Of a stretch of 64,000 bases of DNA, positions 59,414-64,000 are shown one piece after another (the stretch's first letter is position 1; the number at the start of each line of letters is the position of its first letter). This DNA is from Patescibacteria group bacterium (GTDB taxonomy: Bacteria > Patescibacteriota > Dojkabacteria > JAKAPS01): assembly GCA_025450075.1 (NCBI GenBank), contig JANWIC010000009.1, forward strand, positions 38,368 to 102,367, given 5' to 3'. The position numbers and the translations under genes were made by a program. Below the pieces are notes generated by a model, which did not search any database, had not been told where the DNA came from, and saw nothing but the letters and a program-made list of their open reading frames with translations.

Positions 59414-59858
59414 GATTGGAGATATACTTAAAATTGATCATATTGAGGGGTCATACATTTTAATGAAAGATAAAACAAAAAAAATTGTTGTTGAAATTTC
59501 TTCTGTTTACGGTGATAAGAATAGTATTTTTCAACCAATCCTATCTTCAATTGATACGGATATTATAGTTTTATATAGGAAATCGTTACTTGTTGAAGAT
59601 GATTACAAAGATTATTTCCATGAAATGATAGAGCGGAATATACAAGCAAAACTTCTTCCGGAAGTACTTGCATATATTAAAGAATTGAAGGTACAACTTG
59701 AAAAAATGTCGCATTATAGTGTGCTTTTTATAATTACTATGAATAATAGAATATCCACTATAGATAGTATTCATACCATGTTTTCTCATCTCAATGTTGA
59801 ATATGAAATCTATGAAAATTATAAATTACAGCAATTTTTGAACACTCTTTTCTTATGA
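59403..59858 (+). CDS. VirB4 N-domain-like protein (paralog of 55033-55776)
   Basis: 'LKIDHIEGSYILMKDKTKKIVVEISSVYGD' aligns with 'LDIEDVRDDMMVLKDGRVCIILETSAVNFS' of ORF 55033. It overlaps the downstream VirB4-like ATG by 4 nt. Confidence 0.4.
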   Translation: MSNRIGDILKIDHIEGSYILMKDKTKKIVVEISSVYGDKNSIFQPILSSIDTDIIVLYRKSLLVEDDYKDYFHEMIERNIQAKLLPEVLAYIKELKVQLEKMSHYSVLFIITMNNRISTIDSIHTMFSHLNVEYEIYENYKLQQFLNTLFL

Positions 59859-61423
59859 AAACACTACTTTTAAATATTTTAGATGATATATCAGCTTTAA
59901 TACCATCTTTTGAAAATATTAAAATAGATTTCAGAAAGAGACAGAAAAAAGATTTCATAATTAAGAAGAATGTTAATATACCTGAACATATATTTACTCT
60001 TAAAGAATTTTACCAATATATTTCCCTAAATGAGCAAAACTATCAATTCATCGATATTCATGTAGACAATGACTCCAAGAATCTATTATCGGCATTACTA
60101 AAAGAATACGAACAAATATATCTTGCTATGCATATTAACAAGCTAAAAAAAGAAGAAGTACATAATTCATTAAAGAAAAAACTGGCAAAACTATATGAAG
60201 AAAAAATATCAACTTCTCAAAAAGGAATATTATCTACTGGATTTCTTGATCATGAGATTCAGGATATAAAGAAAAAAATAGATGAATATGTTATACAAGC
60301 AGATCCGTATATGGTTACCTTAAAGATGAGTATTAAATACGAAGCAGATATTCAAAAGTTGAAAATGCTTGCAACTATTTTTAATGTCAGCTTTTACCCA
60401 TTATATTTTAAACAATTGGTTTCATTACAGAGTTTTTTCTTATCTCCCGTATTAGATAATGAATACTCGCTTTTAAGTAATTTAGCTGTTGTAGATCCTT
60501 TTCCAGCATTTACTCCTGTTCAATGTAAAGGTATATTTATTGGACATGAAATGAATACTCAATCACCAATTTTTGAAGATTTCTTTGGATTTGAAAATTT
60601 TAATTCAGTAATTATGGCAAAATCAGGAGCTGGGAAAAGCCTTCTTGCTTCTATGCTTATGAAAAGGCTCCTTTTTGAAGGTATTGCGATTGTTGTTTTT
60701 GATCCTGAAAAAGAATATGAATCATTTTGTAATGCACTTCATGGCAAAAACTATTATGAAGAAGATATGGTCTTTATAGATGCCTATATGCAAAATAGCG
60801 AAAATATTTCATATTTTCTAAATTTACTTCCATTAATCTTTGAGAGTAGAGAAGACGGAGAAGAAATGTTTAGCTTTTTTCATGATTGTAGGACATATAG
60901 TGAAATTAAAGAAAAGATTGAGATGTTATCTGTCAAGAAGAAAAACAAATTACTTAGATATTTCCAGTCAGATAAGAAAAGGAGCTTGAAGGATTTTCAA
61001 ATTATTAATTTCGTCATTACATCTGATAAGAGTAAAATTGATTTATATAAGATTATTATGTACTGCATGAATAGAAATATTGGGAAAACAATATTATTTA
61101 TCGATGAAGCACATAAAGTAATGGATGATGAATATATAGCTCAGATAGTTAGACAGGTATCTAAGAGAGGGAGAAAACATAATCTTGGGATATGTGTCAT
61201 CTCACAAGATATCATTGATTTTGTACAAAATAAATGGAGTAAAGCAGTGATTTCAAATGCTACTTTCACTTTTCTTTTAAAGCAAGAATTAATCAATTTA
61301 CCGCTAATTAACAAAATCTTTGGAGTAGAAGATTATGAGGATTTCCTTTTGCATGCCCGTGTTGGAGAAGGCATATTTATGAGAAATGGTGAAATTCAAA
61401 AAGTCATATTTGACAAGATTTAA
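59855..61423 (+). CDS. VirB4-like ATPase, shorter paralog
   Basis: Walker A 'VIMAKSGAGKSLLASMLMKRLLFEGIAIVVFDPEKEYESF', Walker B 'ILFIDEAHKVM', 'GICVISQDIIDF'. The preceding 'FNVSFYPLYFKQLVS...VVDPFPAFTP' region aligns with the first VirB4 ('FGFQSTLPENN...TFPFVS'). Confidence 0.75.
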   Translation: MKTLLLNILDDISALIPSFENIKIDFRKRQKKDFIIKKNVNIPEHIFTLKEFYQYISLNEQNYQFIDIHVDNDSKNLLSALLKEYEQIYLAMHINKLKKEEVHNSLKKKLAKLYEEKISTSQKGILSTGFLDHEIQDIKKKIDEYVIQADPYMVTLKMSIKYEADIQKLKMLATIFNVSFYPLYFKQLVSLQSFFLSPVLDNEYSLLSNLAVVDPFPAFTPVQCKGIFIGHEMNTQSPIFEDFFGFENFNSVIMAKSGAGKSLLASMLMKRLLFEGIAIVVFDPEKEYESFCNALHGKNYYEEDMVFIDAYMQNSENISYFLNLLPLIFESREDGEEMFSFFHDCRTYSEIKEKIEMLSVKKKNKLLRYFQSDKKRSLKDFQIINFVITSDKSKIDLYKIIMYCMNRNIGKTILFIDEAHKVMDDEYIAQIVRQVSKRGRKHNLGICVISQDIIDFVQNKWSKAVISNATFTFLLKQELINLPLINKIFGVEDYEDFLLHARVGEGIFMRNGEIQKVIFDKI

Positions 61424-61480
61424 TGAATTTCTGAGCATCACTTTCATTATGATATAATACACTTAATTAAGATAAAAAAA

Positions 61481-61975
61481 ATGAATCGAAAAACTTCACA
61501 TGATAGTGAAACACCGGCAGTTGGTCAACAGGTTTTTACTGCATGTGCCTTTATCCATAGGAAGGTGGGCGGTAAAGAAAAAGTATTGTTAGCCAAAAGG
61601 GCAGATTCAAAGAAATTCTTGCCAGGTGTTTATGAGCTTCCGGGAGGGCATATAAACTTTGGTGAAGATATGAAAGAAGGTCTAAGACGTGAAATTGAAG
61701 AAGAATTGGAGGTTAAGATATCAATTGGAGACCCTTTCTTCGTTTTTACAGGAATGAATCCTATCAAAGGATCAAACTCTATAGAGGTCACTATGTTTCT
61801 CAACACTCCTGATGAAATAAAAATTCACCCTGAAGACCATTCAGCAATAATATGGGTTTCTGAAGAAGAGATACCTAGTATTTACACACATACAAAAGGC
61901 TCGGATGATATTGAAGTAGAAGCGATACGAAAAGGTTTTTCCTTTCTTAAAGGCATTCCTTGTCAATTTGTCTGA
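61481..61975 (+). CDS. NUDIX hydrolase
   Basis: Nudix box 'GGHINFGEDMKEGLRREIEEELEV' (GX5EX7REUXEEXGU). Confidence 0.8.
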   Translation: MNRKTSHDSETPAVGQQVFTACAFIHRKVGGKEKVLLAKRADSKKFLPGVYELPGGHINFGEDMKEGLRREIEEELEVKISIGDPFFVFTGMNPIKGSNSIEVTMFLNTPDEIKIHPEDHSAIIWVSEEEIPSIYTHTKGSDDIEVEAIRKGFSFLKGIPCQFV

Positions 61976-62026
61976 TGCATGAAACATCAATTTACATTGA
62001 TAGGAATTTAGAAGTATAATCACACT

Positions 62027-62437
62027 ATGGAAAATGACAGCTTTATCATATATACTGACGCAGGATCGAGAGGAAATCCTGGTAAGGCAGCTGCAGCAGC
62101 AATTCTGTTAAATGATAAACAAATGCTAGTCGATCTGAATGCAGCCTATCTGGGTATTACGACTAATAATTGGGCAGAATATGAAGGTTTGATTTTGGGA
62201 ATGCGGTTAGCAATAAAGCATCACTGCAAAAGCCTTTTAGTATATATGGACAGTCAGTTAGTTGTGAAGCAAATACAAGGAGAATACAAGATAAAAGACA
62301 ATAACTTAAAATTGCAGTATAATATTGTAAAAGAGCTCATGGACAAATTTGATCATATTGAATTTACCCATGTTTTACGAGGTAATAATACTTCGGCAGA
62401 CAAGCTTGTTAATATTATCTTAGATAATAATCAATAA
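62027..62437 (+). CDS. rnhA: ribonuclease HI
   Basis: 'IIYTDAGSRGNPGKAAAAAIL', 'NNWAEYEGLILGMRLA', 'LLVYMDSQLVVKQIQGEYKIKDNNL', 'ADKLVN'. These are the DEDD-type RNase H motifs. Confidence 0.75.
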   Translation: MENDSFIIYTDAGSRGNPGKAAAAAILLNDKQMLVDLNAAYLGITTNNWAEYEGLILGMRLAIKHHCKSLLVYMDSQLVVKQIQGEYKIKDNNLKLQYNIVKELMDKFDHIEFTHVLRGNNTSADKLVNIILDNNQ

Positions 62438-62438
62438 T

Positions 62439-63098
62439 ATGGAAACTCTCGTTTTACATGATTATGTGCATATCTTACGACGTCATTTTAAAGTGTTCTT
62501 AGGTATAGTCTTCCTTTGTACTCTATTAGGAGTCTTGCTTACTTACCTAATTCCTGTAAGTTATTCATCTTCAATTGATGTATATGTAAGGCATAAAGGG
62601 ACAGCAAACTCCCAGTTATTTTATACCTACGATGGGTATTATTCCACACAAGCGAGTGTACAATATACTGATACAGTTGCAGGTTTCCTACAATCTCTTT
62701 CAACAGTTGATGATGCTGCAAACTTAGTACAAAAAGATCCATTATATAAATCTGGAGATTTTCAACCTGCAGAATTAACTGACCAAGCTGATTATCTTGC
62801 TTCTTTTCAAAGAAATATCAATGTAAAAATTGTAGCTCCACAGCTTGTAAATGTATCCGTTCATGATAATAGTCCTGTTGTTGCACAATTATGGGCACAA
62901 TCTCTTGGTACAGTTCTGACAGCAAACTTAAAGCAATTAAACCAGGAGGGGGATGCAAATTTTACTATCGATACGATCCATGCTCCGATAACTGAAACGA
63001 ACAAACTTAATCTATATATTGATACTGCTATTGGACTTATCATAGGAGTATTCATGGGATTTACCATTGGCTTTATTCTTGAAGCATATAAAGAATGA
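62439..63098 (+). CDS. Wzz/chain-length-determinant-like bitopic membrane protein
   Basis: N-terminal 'ILRRHFKVFLGIVFLCTLLGVLLTYLIPVSYSSSIDVYV' (Wzz N-terminus pattern), a periplasmic domain, and a C-terminal TM 'AIGLIIGVFMGFTIGFILEAY'. Confidence 0.55.
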   Translation: METLVLHDYVHILRRHFKVFLGIVFLCTLLGVLLTYLIPVSYSSSIDVYVRHKGTANSQLFYTYDGYYSTQASVQYTDTVAGFLQSLSTVDDAANLVQKDPLYKSGDFQPAELTDQADYLASFQRNINVKIVAPQLVNVSVHDNSPVVAQLWAQSLGTVLTANLKQLNQEGDANFTIDTIHAPITETNKLNLYIDTAIGLIIGVFMGFTIGFILEAYKE

Positions 63099-64000
63099 TA
63101 TGCTATATATCTTTCAAGGGACAAATACCCATTACAAGAGAAAACTTGTAACATCACTTCAGGAAAAATTTTCAGATTATTCGACATATATACTGGATTG
63201 TCAGGATCATGACAAAGTAACGCCTGCGTATATAGATAAAATTGTTACTTTAACTTCACTTTTTGAAGAAACAGGAAAGATAATTTGGTTAAAAGAATAC
63301 TCGAAATTTGATGATATCGATTATTTATATAAACTGTTATTTACATACAGCAAATCTAAAAATTGTATATTCATTTGTGACACATCAGAGAAATTGAGAT
63401 CAAATGCAAAAATGTTAAAATTCATTGAGAAGAAAACGCATTGTATAGATTGCCGGGAATATGATAGGCGAAAATTAATCACTTTAGTTAAATCCAAGCT
63501 GGATGATGCTAAAATCCCCAATACAAGCCAGATTGCTTCATATATACTTGATGTTGTAGATAATGACCCTTTTATGCTTGAATCTGAAGCGGAAAAGATT
63601 GTCCTTGCCTACACAGGGGGAGAGAGAGAAGAGAATAATTTAAAAATAGCAATAACAAAAAGCAGCAGTTATACTATTTGGGAATATATTACATTCCTCT
63701 CTAAGGGAGAACGACAAATGGCAGTAAAAACAATTGTAGATCTTTTGGACAAGGGAGAGAATGAGTATAGCATTATTGGTATGATTGTATGGAACCTCAG
63801 GCTTATTACTGGGATATTAATCGCTGGAAAAAGAAGTGATGTTGAAATTGCAAAAGAATTGGGGTATAGCCCTTTTTCAGTCAAACATGCAAGAGAAATT
63901 ATACACAGATTCTCAATAGAGAAGGTAACTTTTCTATACGAAAGAATTATAGAGCTGGATATGAAAATCAAAACTGGATTAATCACACCACGGCTCGGAG
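63095..64000 (+). CDS. holA: DNA polymerase III delta subunit (partial, continues past window end)
   Basis: ATG 63095 overlaps the Wzz-like stop (ATGA). The translation ends '...GYSPFSVKHAREIIHRFSIEKVTFLYERIIELDMKIKTG', the characteristic delta C-terminal domain. There is no stop before the window end, so it is absent from the track. Confidence 0.55.

Noticed and set aside
1-64000. CRISPR arrays, IS elements/transposases, integrases, rRNA genes
   Set aside because: Scanning both strands revealed no spaced direct repeats, no DDE or tyrosine-recombinase motifs, and no rRNA-like conserved blocks.

Overview
The window is a low-GC (~33%) bacterial chromosomal segment. It uses the standard genetic code: TGA terminates confident genes such as ftsK and the Wzz-like gene. 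Gene content and style suggest a small-genome Gram-positive-like or CPR/Patescibacteria-like lineage, with many short overlapping genes, duplicated paralogs and divergent AAA+ proteins. That lineage assignment is inference.

Housekeeping genes I recognise with confidence: family-4 uracil-DNA glycosylase, ftsA-like, ftsK, a rodZ-like gene, metG, tatD, rpoD, rpsT, lepA, pcrA, tRNA-Pro(CGG), pheS, pheT, a malQ-like gene, a NUDIX hydrolase, RNase HI and a partial holA.

Accessory content worth attention, in order along the window:
1. A Lon-derived AAA+ protein with no protease domain (413-1501).
2. A GT1 / GT2 / GtrA / GT-C glycosylation island (8661-12832).
3. A nickel superoxide dismutase with its maturation peptidase (sodN/sodX, 12888-13616).
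4. A cassette of three RimK-like ATP-grasp ligases on the minus strand (16643-20557), one fused to a retropepsin-like 'DTGA' domain, next to a polytopic 7TM-like protein.
5. Three tandem paralogous proteins of unknown function (25617-27736).
6. A ClpC-like ATPase whose first ATPase module is degenerate (32305-34374).
7. A 32-aa lysine-rich histone-like mini-gene with its own ribosome-binding site and terminator (34838-34997).
8. A K+-channel-like protein with a TIGIG filter (37302-37787).
9. Two tandem MacB-type ABC ATPase-permease fusions followed by a Clp-like protein degenerate in both ATPase modules (47244-53010).

The most interesting item is a type-IV-secretion-like locus (53073-61423). 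A three-gene module is duplicated in tandem: a VirB3/PrgI-like membrane protein, a separately encoded VirB4 N-terminal-like domain, and a VirB4/TraE-like ATPase. A VirB2-like small membrane protein and a VirB6-like polytopic membrane protein lie between the two copies. No coupling protein or relaxase is visible in the window.

I saw no CRISPR array, transposase, integrase or rRNA.
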